DNA from: the human T2T-CHM13v2.0 reference genome, Homo sapiens
DNA: 64,000 nt
NCBI RefSeq assembly: GCF_009914755.1
Contig: NC_060942.1
Reading direction: 5' to 3' (one strand)
In this document: one piece after another, positions 13,151 through 25,250 of the stretch
Layout of the letters: each line of letters starts with the position of its first letter
How positions within the stretch are numbered: position 1 is the first letter of the stretch
Translations under genes and position numbers: made by a program
The notes under the pieces: generated by a model
What the model was told of the DNA's origin: nothing
The model's input: only the letters and a program-made list of their open reading frames with translations
The model's database searches: none

Positions 13151-13426
13151 AAAATTTTATTTTCTCAGGGATTTTTGTTTGTTTTTATGCCTCTATAGCA
13201 AACATAGTTCAATGCCCACAATTCAGCACTTGACCGTAAAATGTTGTGCATTCATCTCCATTTGTTTCATGCCCATTAATCATGTCCACCCTCTCCCTTG
13301 CAAAAAAATTGTAATCTCCAGGGAAGGGAAAGCATCATAAAATTTTATTCTGTAAATCCCACAGTAACTAGAACAAAGTTGAAGCAAATACCAAGTACCC
13401 GATAAATATGTGTTGATAAACTATGG

Positions 13427-13914
13427 GTTTATTTAACACAAATATATGTCTAAGCCCTACACTAGGATCTGGAGAATTTAAATATGTTCCTTCCTCAAAC
13501 TATAGGAGAAGTAGAAGAAAGACCACAAGTAGTTAAATGTTCGTATAAAAGTTAAATAGAAATGCTGAGAACTAATACATATAGCAAAAAAGAGATCAAA
13601 AACAGTCTCTAATACAGGATAAATAAATGGTACGATATGATCTATGCAACCACCTTGAGTGCTTTGTTTCATAAACAGTTGGACTCAAACTGACAGAAGA
13701 TTTTGTCTCAGCTGAAGTGAAAAAGAATGCTCTGATTTTTCCCCCTTTGTCCTGGTGTCTCTTTGGGATAGCAACACGGTTACATGAAGTCTAAATGTGT
13801 GTTATGTGAGAGATTTGGAAGCACCTAGTATAAGCAATTATGAACAGCTATGGTCTTGACTCAAAGGTAGTGGACAGGTGGTAAAAAGTCTGGACTGCAG
13901 GCATTTCATCTGTT
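13427..13914 (+). repeat. Inverted duplication 1, left arm (probable donor)
   Basis: Reverse complement of 14767-15258, about 90% identical by hand alignment. Confidence 0.95.
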
Positions 13915-14149
13915 GAATGGAGAAGGGTAGAGAGCTGGTATACACCATGGCTCAGACTGGCCAAAGGTTGAGCCTTATATGACAGATAAGGCTGGACAGT
14001 CAAGCATGAACTATGAGAGTTATTGAGAAAGTCTATTGTCCAGCAGGTTAGAGCAGCAAAGGTGGAGGAATTGAAGTGGAGGCACCAAGGGGAGTTCTGA
14101 TCTGGGTGGAAAGAGTCTTCAGCATCACTTTGCCTCCTTTATGCTGTTG

Positions 14150-14179
14150 GTGTGTTTGTGTGTGTGTGTGTGTGTGTGT
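14150..14179. repeat. (TG)n microsatellite
   Basis: gtgtgtttgtgtgtgtgtgtgtgtgtgtgt. Confidence 0.95.
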
Positions 14180-14619
14180 ACAAAACGGGATGGGAGGAGG
14201 CATGGGTCACTAACAATGATCATTGACAGAAGGAGGGAAATCCTGAGGGGGATTCCTTCTTCCCAAAAGAAACCTGAATGATCCAAGCTTTATAGGCCAA
14301 ATCAAGATAAAACAATGAGAATGACCTGGACCTCTCAAGGCTCTCCCCTTTCATTTTCACTGCTAGGGCCCTCTTCACTCAAAAGCAGAGTGGATAGGCT
14401 GGATTTCAGTTGTGCTAGGAAGATTCTTCTCACGTGGTTGGTGCCTAAAGGACATTCCTCTGGTATAAGACTTTGTTTTAAAGTGAGTATATGCCATGTA
14501 GAAAAACATGATAAGGTTTTAGCTGTCATTTGTACATTACTGAGGCTGTTCTTCAAATCCTTCCATTTAGGGCAAGAAGTAGAGGGCAGGCATTGATAGA
14601 TGGGGAGTGTAGCTAATAG

Positions 14620-15546
14620 TGCTAATGTCCACAGCCCCCAGCGTCACTGTCTCCCATATGACGTCTTACCACAATTCACTGAGACTGCCTGAGTGCCAGG
14701 GGTTAATGCCTAAGCTCCAGCCACCAACCCCTCCATCATCAGTCAAACTGCCTTTGACTGATGATGAAATAGATGAAATGCCTGCAGTCCAGACTTTTTA
14801 CCACCTCTGCACTACCTTCGAGACAAGACCATAGCTGCTCATAATTGCGCGTACTATGTGCTTCCCAATCTCTCACAAGCCACATATTTAGACTTCATGT
14901 AACTGTGTTGCTATCCCAAAGAGACACCAGGATAAAGGGGGGAACATCAGAGCATTCTTTTTCACTTCAGCTGAGATAAAATCTTGTGTCAGTTTGAGTC
15001 CAACTGTATGAAACAAAGCTGTCAAGGCAGTTGCATAGATCATATCGTACCATTTATTTATCATGTATTAGAGAGTGTTTTTGGTCTCTTTTTTTCTATA
15101 TGTGAGAATTAGTTCTCAGCATTTCTATTTAACTTTTATATGAACATTTAACTACTTGTGGCCTTTCTTCTACTTCTCCTATAGTTTGAGGAGAAAAACA
15201 TATTTACATTCCCCAGATCCTAATGTAGGGCTTTAACAGATATTTGCATTAAATAAACTGCCTTTGACTGATGATGGAGGGGTTGGTGGATGGAGCTTCC
15301 TCATCATTTGATAGGACAACGTCAAAGCCTAAACCATACACTCTTCCCAGTGTCCACAGCAGAGTTGGACCCTACTTGCCCTTAGCAAGCAGCTACTCAC
15401 TAATGTACTCTGTGTGGGTTTCCTTTCCTTCTCATCACCTTTTCCCACTTTTCTACTGGTTCTTCTGTTGTTCACATCCCAAATAAACAATTTGCACCCA
15501 GTTTTTTTAGTTAAGATATTCTCCTGGGAAAACTCAACCCAAGACA
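14620..15546 (+). mobile_element. LTR16-family (ERVL) solo LTR split by an insertion at 14712-15254
   Basis: 5' part ...gagtgccaggggttaatgcc; 3' part ggagggg ttggtgga...tcacatcccaaataaacaatttgcac...ctgggaaaactcaacccaagaca matches the LTR16 terminus. Confidence 0.7.
14767..15258 (-). repeat. Inverted duplication 1, right arm (derived copy inside LTR16)
   Basis: Reverse complement of 13427-13914; flanked by the 22-bp direct repeat aaactgcctttgactgatgatg (14745-14766, 15255-15276). Confidence 0.95.
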
Positions 15547-16707
15547 GGAAGGCAGGAAAGAACTAGAGGGAAGAGAAGCCACTTTCTGCTACCTTCCTAA
15601 TGTTGTTGAGGTCTGCCCCAACTTCTTCCTGGTGCTGCATGCTTGCTACTCTGATGAGAGCCATAAAACTATAAATCATTTGGTTCTAAAACTTTATTTT
15701 ATAGACCAAGTCTGAGAGGCTAAATGACTCATTCTAGATTACTTAGACAGCTAGTGGCAAAACTGGGACCAGAACCCAGTTGTGCTTAGTTCCTGCAATA
15801 AGCTGTTAGCTTGTGCAAAAAGTATGTGCTCATTGGATCTCTATCATAACAATAACTGGCACTGATAAAGAAAACTGATATTTGTTTTGTCTCTACATCC
15901 CATCCATCTTTGGATATTTCTATGAGATCTTAAGAAGTATTCAAGTCCAGAGCCTGCCAAGAAAAATCAGATTCAGGTAAAGATGTAGCTAATAATGGAA
16001 TGCAATTGGCTAAGAGATGGAGTTACTGGACTCTAGCTCAGCCTAAGTCTACAACTAGATCTTGGGCTTCACTCACCAAAACCAGCAAATGCAAAAATAC
16101 TCTAAAAAAGTGAGAAAGCCTGAAAGAAAGCCTTGTTGATTTTAAGCAGATACAAATTTAGCTTTCAGCAGGATATCAGTAAATATAGCAGGAAAATGCC
16201 TTCCTTTATGTGTGTAAGGTAAAACAATTCTGCAGCAACTTCCCTTCTCTGCTTCCCACACACTTGCTTCCCCTGAAGCTTAGATGGTGGATCCCACTTT
16301 CAGATAAAGAACATTGGTGATGCATCCACTTGAAAATCAAGTGACATTTGCAGAGCCTAACCAAGTTAGAAGAACAAAGGAAAAAGTAATTCTTATCTGA
16401 GCAAGTAATGCTTGTCAGCTCTTCCCCAAAGGAAATGCCCTCTGTTGTGTAGACATCTTAGTGGCTGGGCCAGTCCAGTTTTAGTTCTTTCTAGCAATGG
16501 TTATTTTTTCCTTTTCCCTTGGGAGGTGATTCTAGGAGCTAAAAGATCATGTTAGCACAGATTGTAGAAAAATCAGGAAATTTATGACTTGAATGGAAAT
16601 ACAGACTGATGATTAACTGTAATTCATGACATTATGCAAAAGAAGATAGCAGCTGGAAAGCAACTTTAAAAGTATCAGCAAAACATGCAATGATAAAATG
16701 CTACCTA

Positions 16708-18105
16708 CAGTGAACAATCTGAAACACAAATCAAAAAGTAATCCCTTTTACAATAGCCACAAATTGAATACCTAGAAATTAAAAAGAAGTGAAAGAATTC
16801 TATAATGAAAACTATAAAACACTGATGAAAGAAATTGAAAAGAACACCAAAAAATGGAGAAATATTCTATGTTCATGGATTGGAAGAATCAATATTGTTA
16901 AAATGTCCTTACTACCCAAAGCAATCTACAGATTCAATGCAATCCCTATCAAAATATCAATGACATTCTTCACAGAAATAGAAAAAAAATCCTAAAATTT
17001 ATATCGAACCGCAAAAGACCCAGAATAGCCAAAGCTGTCTTAAGCAAAAAGAACAAAACTGGAGGAACCACATTGCCTGACTTCAAATTATACTACAGAG
17101 CTATAGTATCCAGAACAGCATGGTACTGGCATAAAAATAGGCACATAAACTAATGGAACAGAATAGAGAACCCAGAAACAAATCCATACATGTATAGTAA
17201 ACTCATCTTTGACAAGGATACCAAAAACATACACTAGGGAAAAGAGAGTCTTTTCAATAAGTGGTGCTGGGAAAACTGAATAGCCATATGCTGATAAGGA
17301 TGTGGAGAAAAGGGAATCCTTTTACACTCTTGGTGGGAATGTAAATTAGTACAACCACTATGAAGAATAGTTTGGAGGTTCCTCAAAAAACTGAAAATTC
17401 AGCTACCATATCATCCAGCAATCCCACTGCTGGGTATATATCCAAAAGAAAGGAAATCATCATATTGAAGAGATGTCTGTACTCCTGTTTGTTGCAGCAC
17501 TGTTTACAATAGCCAAGATTTGAAAGCAACCTAAGTGTCCATCAACAGATGAATGGATAAAGAAAATATGGTACATCAACATGGATGGAACTGGAGATCA
17601 ATATATTCCATCCATGTTGTTGCAAATGTTGCAACAACATTTTACTATGTTAAGTGAAATAAGCCAGACACAGAAAGAGAAACATCACATGTTCTCACTT
17701 ATTTGTGGGATCTAAAATTCAAATCAATTGATTTTTAGTAGTAGTACCCTTCTAGTTTCGTGGACATAGAAAGTAAAATGATGATTACCAGAGGCTGGGA
17801 AGGGTAATGGGAGGTTGAGGGGTAGATGAGGATGGTTAATGGGTACAAAAAATAGAATGAATGAATAAGACCTACTATTTGGAAGCACAATAGGGTGACT
17901 TTAGTCAATAATAACTTAGTTGTATATTTTAAAGTAACTTAAAGAATATAATTGGGTTGTTTGTAAATCAAAGGATAAATGCTTGAGGGGATGGATACCC
18001 CATTCTCCTTGTTGTGCTTATTTCACATTGCATGCCTGTATCAAAATATCTCATGTACCCCACAAATATATGCACCTACTGTGCACACACAAAAATTTTT
18101 TTAAA
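16708..18105 (+). mobile_element. 5'-truncated L1MA-like element with internal deletions
   Basis: ORF 16789-16995 is L1 ORF2 ([36 protein letters not shown]). L1MA 3' UTR ggataaatgcttgaggggatggataccccatt. TSD-like ataaaa(t)gctaccta at 16693-16707 and 18106-18119. Confidence 0.9.
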
Positions 18106-18179
18106 ATAAAAGCTACCTAAGCCAGCAACTGAATCCCTTATAGGGAGCCTAGTCATTAAGTAAACCCTACACTGCTATA

Positions 18180-18741
18180 TCCATCAGGAATCGTGCAATT
18201 GCAAATATCGGAATAATGGACTTGACTGACTTAAACTAAAGCATGATTTTTTTTCACTCATCTATCTGAAATGTCTAAGAGTTTCAAGCTCAGATGGATC
18301 GAGGTGTCCCGATATCATCAGATCGGGGTTTTTGCTCTATTACTCGACTCTCGCTTTGCTATGTACTGGTTTTATTTTCAGTGGTTTTATCCATTGAAGA
18401 AGTAAAATGACCATCCAACAGTTCCAAGATTACATCCTCATAGCTGTAAGCTCAGCAGTAAAGAGAGAATAATTTTCTCAAAATAGTCCCAGAAGTCTTG
18501 TAACTGCCTTGTTGGCTCTGATTGGGTCACATTCTCATCCCTGAACCATTCACTGTAGACAGGAAAATGGGATGCTATGATTGGTTAGGCTTGAGTTATC
18601 TTCTCTGGAGGTAAAATCAAGATAACGTTCAAACCATAGAGCCTTTAAATGGGTAGGTAAGAATTTCCCAGGAGAAAAGCGTTGTCCTACAGATGAAGAG
18701 GGAACAGGTAGTGTGCAATACAACCATCAAATACTTCTACA
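18180..18741 (-). mobile_element. MLT1 (J/K-like) LTR
   Basis: ttggctctgattgggtcacattctcatccctgaaccattcactgtagacaggaaaatgggatgctatgattggttaggc, MLT1 hallmark. Confidence 0.7.
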
Positions 18742-20959
18742 CTCTAGACTTGACTTTTTTCTGATAATGTGTGTGTATTTGTGGAAAGGAGTGGCCAAGA
18801 GGAGAAGGAGGAAGCACAAACAGGTGAGCAGAGTAATTGGGTGTGCAAATGAAGTCCAATAGTCTTTTTAAAAAAGCATTAACCAGGAGCTAGGAGGCAA
18901 GATGTAGGCCAACAGCTTGAAAAACAAGCTGAATCCAATGTGTTAGCACAGATTGTACTTTGGGTGACACAAAATTCTCTTCTCGTTTGGAAATTAAAGC
19001 TTAACTGTGACATCTGCAAGGCATTTTTTCTTCTCTGGACTCTGTGTGAGCATCTATAGAACAGTATTGAAGGGTGAAGAAAATTTAGATCAACTGAATA
19101 CTAAGATTCCATTATGCTGTAAATGTGTTATATTTAACATTTAATGCATTTTATTTAATTTGAGTTTTAATTCTAAGACAGAACTAATGAGAATTAGGTG
19201 CAAGAAAAAATGCAATACAATGCACACTGCTTCCTCATATCTTTGATTCCATCTATGTGATAACAGGCTTACCAGGAATCCCTTGTATTGGTGATAGCAC
19301 AACCTAACTTGACCAACAATGACACCCACAACTCTGAGATCTTCTGTTAGTGTGTGGGGGTAGGGGAGGCCAAAGTACATGAATCAGCTGTGATTTGGCT
19401 GGGTTCTCTCACCCATGTTGACTTTTCCTGGGTCAATTCATGCAAGATGTGTGTTGTTCTTGTTAACGAGGCTAAACATCTGGCTGAATGAGAAAATTTT
19501 AGTCTGCTACTTGCTTAAATAGCAAAATCTAAACAATCTACTAAGCTGAAGGGTTTTTTTCTTCTACTTTATTTTTGGAAGTCTTTGGGGTTAAATGATG
19601 CCTTGACCATTGTTTGCCAAGGCCAAGACTCAGCTATAGATCTTTTTTTAATCTTTCCTTATAGTTGTAGTCCAAGCTTTCACAAGGTCCAGGTTTTCCA
19701 AATCTCTGATTACTCCACGGTTATGGATGCAACATCTTGTTACGCTGCCTTTGTTCTTTGAGTTACTCACAGGGTAGGAAATCCAAGCTCTAACAAATTC
19801 TTACTTTCTCAAGGCAGGATACTGCCAGTCAACAGATGTCTGGGTTGGGACTACCACAACCCAAGATTTACAGCAATATCCTCAGATCCAAATATATAAT
19901 TAATTCTGTGGTAGTAGTTTGGGCCTTGCCCAAGGGAGTCTGGCCCACTTAATTCTCTGTGACTTCCTTGATAACTCAATTCATTTGTCCTCTTGAACAT
20001 CATTTGCTCCTTATTGAACACATCCAAGTCTCCCTAGAGAACGTGATTTTTGGTGTGTGTTTCTCAAGCAGAGCTCTTCCAGAACAGTTTTTCTAGACTT
20101 GATTCCCTGTTTTGATAGATGCATTTGAAGGTCTCTTCCAGGGAGAAGCTGTAGAGATGCGTTGACTGAATTATCTTTCTTAAGATTTATCCTTAGTTAT
20201 GATTTTTCCTTTTTCCAATTTATGATTATATTTCTCTGTAATACTTTATTTAAATCAAAACATTATAGAACATAGAGCTTGGAAAGGGGTTGGGGGTGGA
20301 GGCAAGTAAAGCACTGTTTTTCACATTTCAGGGAACATGTGGTAGTTTCACATTTGCAGTGACCTTATTATTCGACAAAAATGAGTAATAATGAAAAAGT
20401 ATGTGCAAAGAATAAAAAGATGGAACAAATACTTCAAAATTTTCTTACAGGGTTTTGAAAAACTATATCTCCACTACATTGGAAAAAGTGTCATATTTGT
20501 TCAATTCATGTAAGACCAATGGTTGTATTCATCTCTCACAAAGAAAATATATAAGATAAACTCAATAAGTACTGAACGAATTGTTGACTAAAGATGATGG
20601 AGTAGTTTTGCAAACCAGTGTTACTCACCTTCCTCTTTTCCATACACTGCTCCTCTCTGTCCTGCAACAATGAGATGGTGCAAAGACAGCAGGGTATAAA
20701 AGAAAGTGCATAGGATTTGGAAGGAAGATAGCGGTTTCCTCTTTTTAAGTCGGGGATGAAGGTACCCATATGCCAGAGCTATTGTGATCAATGAATTAGA
20801 CAGTATATGTAAAGAACTTAAAATTGTGCATGCTTATTTAAGGTGCTCCAAAAAAGTGACTTCCCCTGAAAGTACTATGCCTGCAGTTCTGTTCTCTACC
20901 ACTAGGTGGAAGTAGTCTCATTAAAGAGAGTAATAGATTTCATCTCTTTTTTTACTAAT

Positions 20960-21760
20960 AAAGTGATCAGTTGTTTACTATTTGGAGATCAAAATCCCTG
21001 TCTTCACTGAGCTTACATTTCAATGAGGGAGATAGATAACTTTTTTAAAAAATAAATCAATGCAAAATATGCAGGTCATTGAGAAATGCTAAGAAGAAAA
21101 AGCAGGTTAAAACAGAGAATTAAAGAATAAAGGTGCTGTTTTTGACTATATGGTCAGGAAAACCTGTTTGCGAAGATGGCATTTGAGCAGAGATCTAAGT
21201 CAAAAGACGAAATGAGCCATGACAGATAACTGAGGGAAAAGTGCTGCAGACAGCTGCAACAGCAAGTGCAAAGGCCCTGAGGCTGGCTGCTTGTGGGCAG
21301 TGGGTTTCAATAGAAGTGTGTGAGGCAGAGAGTATAGGTAAATGTAGTCTGTGGGGTACCTGGGGCAGATCATCTAGAGCCCTGTAGGTTGTGGTAAGAA
21401 AATATTTCACAGGCGGCATATTTCATTTATTTATTCCTTTAGCAAGTTCACTCATGTGTGAATCAGATGCTATGCTAATAGGGACCCAATAGAAATACAG
21501 AATTTTCAGTGCAGGTGCCTGGTTACTATAACAGAGGTGTGTACAAAGTGTAAAGGGGACATAGAAGAGGCTTTGAAATCTAAGGAAGTCAAGAAAGACT
21601 TAGAATATCAGCTTTGAGAAGTGAATGTTGAATAGGAGTTTTCTAAGCCAACAAAGAGGTAGAAAGCAAGGAAGGTAGGATAAAACTACAGATAATAGCA
21701 GTCAGAAATTGGAGAGTGTGGTGTGTTCAGGAACATCATTGATATCTGATAGAAAAAGCC
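20960..21760 (-). mobile_element. L2 fragments (two)
   Basis: ggtcaggaaaacctg..gaagatggcatttgagcagagatct...aacagcaagtgcaaaggccctgagg; second tail from 21420. Confidence 0.7.
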
Positions 21761-22418
21761 TGCAATACTGCATGTGATTTAATTTTTTTAAGTTATATTG
21801 AACAAAAATTTATTAGACATTACCTATGTTAACATTGAGTTAGAATACAATTTGGAACAAGCTTAAAGTAAATTGTATTCCTAAGCACAGATTGGTGACA
21901 TAGAAATAACTGAATTATCATCAAGTACTCCTAAGTTACATTTTATTTTATTGGTCTGCAACCTCCAATGCAAAACTGAATTACTGTACCGGTGCCCAGG
22001 ACAAGCTACACCGTAAAGGTTGATGTTTAGACCCGACTTTCCACTGTAGCCCTGGCTGCTTCGACCAGTGATACCACTTTGCTTTAATTGCTTGTCTTCT
22101 CTGGTAGACTTAAAACCAATCTCTCTTTATTGATGTTAATAATAGTGATCCTGGGCCTTTGGCCTTTATCTTCTTTATTCTCTCCTATTAGTTAAAATTG
22201 TCCTGAAAACAGAGAATAATACGAATGTACCATTTTCCTTAGCCTGTCATGGGAGCCAATCAGTCATCTCAGGAAGAAACACTTCTTAGCTGACTTTCCC
22301 AGAAGATTGACACTTAGCACTTGAATTTCCTTGGCGGATAAGAAATAAATAACCTACATATAGCATCTTATGGTTTCCAGTTCTGCTACATATTAGCTGT
22401 ATGACCTCGGACAAGTAA

Positions 22419-22600
22419 CCATATTTTATGAATTTAAAAATCCAAAGATTGTCAGATGCATCCTTAATTCAGACACATTAAAATATAAAAAGAAAAAAAG
22501 CCCAACACATTATAAGATGCCACAACTTTATAATGCATATCTATTCCAGAATGTTAAAATGTGAAACTATATTTGTTTAAAATCTGAAAAATACATAGTA
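22419..22600. mobile_element. MER104-like Tc2 DNA transposon MITE, within a MIR (22370-22418, 22905-23000)
   Basis: Degenerate inverted ends ccatattttatgaattt / aaatctgaaaaatacatagta; internal gattgtcagatgcatcc and ataagatgcc. Confidence 0.45.
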
Positions 22601-22605
22601 GTTAG

Positions 22606-22904
<299 letters not shown>

Positions 22905-23458
22905 TAGTTTGTCTAAGCCTCAGTTTCTACCTTATAAAGTTGTTTTGAAGATAAATGAGAAAACATATGTAACACAGGATATGATATACAAGAAGCACAC
23001 AAAAATGTGCAGAGAACAAAAAGTTTCTGTACTTTATTTTCTGTTCTAAAGGGGTTTCCTTTTTCCTACCTTCTGAACACATTTAACATTTATATGAACA
23101 GTCTCACATTGTGGATTTCTCCCAGTAAGTACACGCTGCTTTTACTCCACCTCCCCCTCCATGCCAGACTGACTCCTTATAACTGAACTCATGCAGGAGG
23201 ACTTTACCTATGAGGTCAAACTCATGTATAGTTAGGGCGTTCCCCAAACACTCCTAAATTCTGTAATAAACATTGTGACTCTGAGGTTTAGTGAACATAT
23301 GGTATTGACAAAGAGCTATTTCCAGGAGCTTTCCATTGTAACTCACAGCCCTTGAGATGAATCAATGACTTCCTCATAGAGGGTGGGGTTTTCTGATATT
23401 TATTCAGTGTGACATTCTTGTGCTTTTGGTGGAAGGAATATAAGATTCCCTGTTAAGA

Positions 23459-23642
23459 CAGGGTTTCTCAATATCGACACTACTGATATTTGGGGTCGGA
23501 TAATTTTTTGTTGTGAGAATCTGTCCTGTGCATTTTATGATGTTCAGCAGAATGCTTGGCTCTGGCTACCAGATGCCAATAGCACCCACCGGTTGTCAAA
23601 TATCCCCTGGGGGTAATAAATTTGCCCAATTAAGAATCACTG
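23459..23642 (+). mobile_element. MER20 (hAT-Charlie)
   Basis: cagggtttctcaa..cactactgatatttggggtcggataattttttgttgtg...ccagatgccaatagcaccc...aagaatcactg. Confidence 0.85.
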
Positions 23643-23785
23643 TGTTAGAGCATCAGATGCAGTAATTCTCACTGACCCTGGCTGAGCACCTGAGTTGGGC
23701 AGGAAATAATAAACTTGGCTCACCCATATCACAGGATCACTGTGATGGGCAAAAGGGAAGGAGCTTATGAAGTGCTGTGCCAATA

Positions 23786-24000
23786 CAGTCATTCCTCAGT
23801 ATACAAAGGGGACTGGTTCCAGGACCCCTAAGTATACCAAAATCCATGCATACTGTAGTCCCATAGTCAGCCCTGTGAAACCTGTATATACTTGGATTTC
23901 ACATCCACAAATACTATATTTTCAATAGTGTCTAGTTGAAAAAAATCCACATATAAATGAACCTGCACAGTTCAAACCCGTGTTGTTCAAGGGTAAGCTG
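23786..24000 (+). mobile_element. MER8-like Tigger MITE
   Basis: cagtcattcctcagtat..ggggactggttccaggacccc ... cagttcaaacccgtgttgttcaagggtaagctg; TA on both sides. Confidence 0.85.
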
Positions 24001-24109
24001 TATTATCGATTATAATTTTCCACCCAAAACCTGAAGGGTTTGGTTTACTTTTCTAAACAGCGTGGTTGCTAACTGGTGCTTACCACTGCACAGCCACTGT
24101 ATGGGAGGC

Positions 24110-24290
24110 GTGATGTAAAACACTTTGTATACATGATCTCACAACAGTCCCAAAAGTTTCTATCTATCCATAGATAGAAACAAGTACGAGAGAGATAATA
24201 AGTAACTTGACCAAGGCCACATGCAGTAAATTGGGGAGTTGAATCCTGCCCAGGCATGCTGGCCCAGGGCCTGGTTCTGATCAGTTCTGC
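24110..24290 (-). mobile_element. MIR
   Basis: aagtaacttgaccaaggccacatgcagtaaattggggagttgaatcc. Confidence 0.6.
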
Positions 24291-25054
24291 AGGCCACATG
24301 GAGGGTTCAGCTCCCCCTCAGCAGACAACTACTGACTGTCCAGTGGGCCAGGTTCTATGCGTGATGTCAAGGGATTAAAGGGAACATGCCGACAGCAGTA
24401 ACAGGTTGTCTGAGATATTTTAGGATAATTATGAAGGAGAAATAGGAAGACCCTGAAATTTATGTACAATATTTTCTAGCAAAAACAGGTCACTTGAAGC
24501 ATTTCTGATGAATTTACGGGCAAAGGTGAAGTTTCCTCGTACTGCTCAGGTCTTCCTCATATATCACTTTGAGGGCTTGCAGTAAAAAGGGATGGATGGA
24601 GTCAAATACCCTTTCCTTTGTTGACAACCTGTTGGAAAGCAGGGACTTGACAGTATTTTTCTCTTCTGAACTGTTTTCAAGTGATCTGAATGTGGTTTCC
24701 ATGTGATCATCTACTACTATTGGGTTTTGTTGGGGGGTGGGGACACAGAGTGTGTAGTTTACTTCCATCTCATGCCTTGAGCAGATGAACCAGTGGTACC
24801 AAAGCAGAAGATCTTTTTGCCAGGAGAGTCAGTCTCTTCTGTGATTCCTTTTACCAAGCAGGTGATGACTTTTGAGGCTTTTTATTGTGCAAAGCCCCAA
24901 ATGAGAAACAAAGAGGCTTTAGACACAGCCTCTGCCTACCCTTAAGAAACTTACAACCATCCAAGGCTCACATACATAAAAAACACAAAGCGACCCATGA
25001 GAACAGAAGCTGCCATCAGTGAAGAATCCACTCTGCAAGACATTTAATAAGTAA

Positions 25055-25250
25055 CCTCAGCACTGTTCACATTCTAGGCTGCATAGTTCTTTGATGTGGT
25101 GGTTGGAGGGTGTCCTGTGCCTTTGGGATATTTAGCAGCTTCCCTGGTCTCTACTCACTCGGTGCCAGAATCCACACCCCCACCCCTGTGGTTGTCACAA
25201 CCAAAAAATATCTCTACACATTGCCAAATGTCCCCTGGTGGGAAAGTGCT
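25055..25250 (+). mobile_element. MER20
   Basis: tgtcctgtgcctttgggatatttagcagcttccctggtctctactcactcggtgccag...acattgccaaatgtcccctgg. Confidence 0.8.

Noticed and set aside
5674-16995. ORFs with recognisable protein similarity (5674-5940, 6913-7362, 16789-16995)
   Set aside because: All are fragments of L1 ORF2 in truncated elements, not host genes
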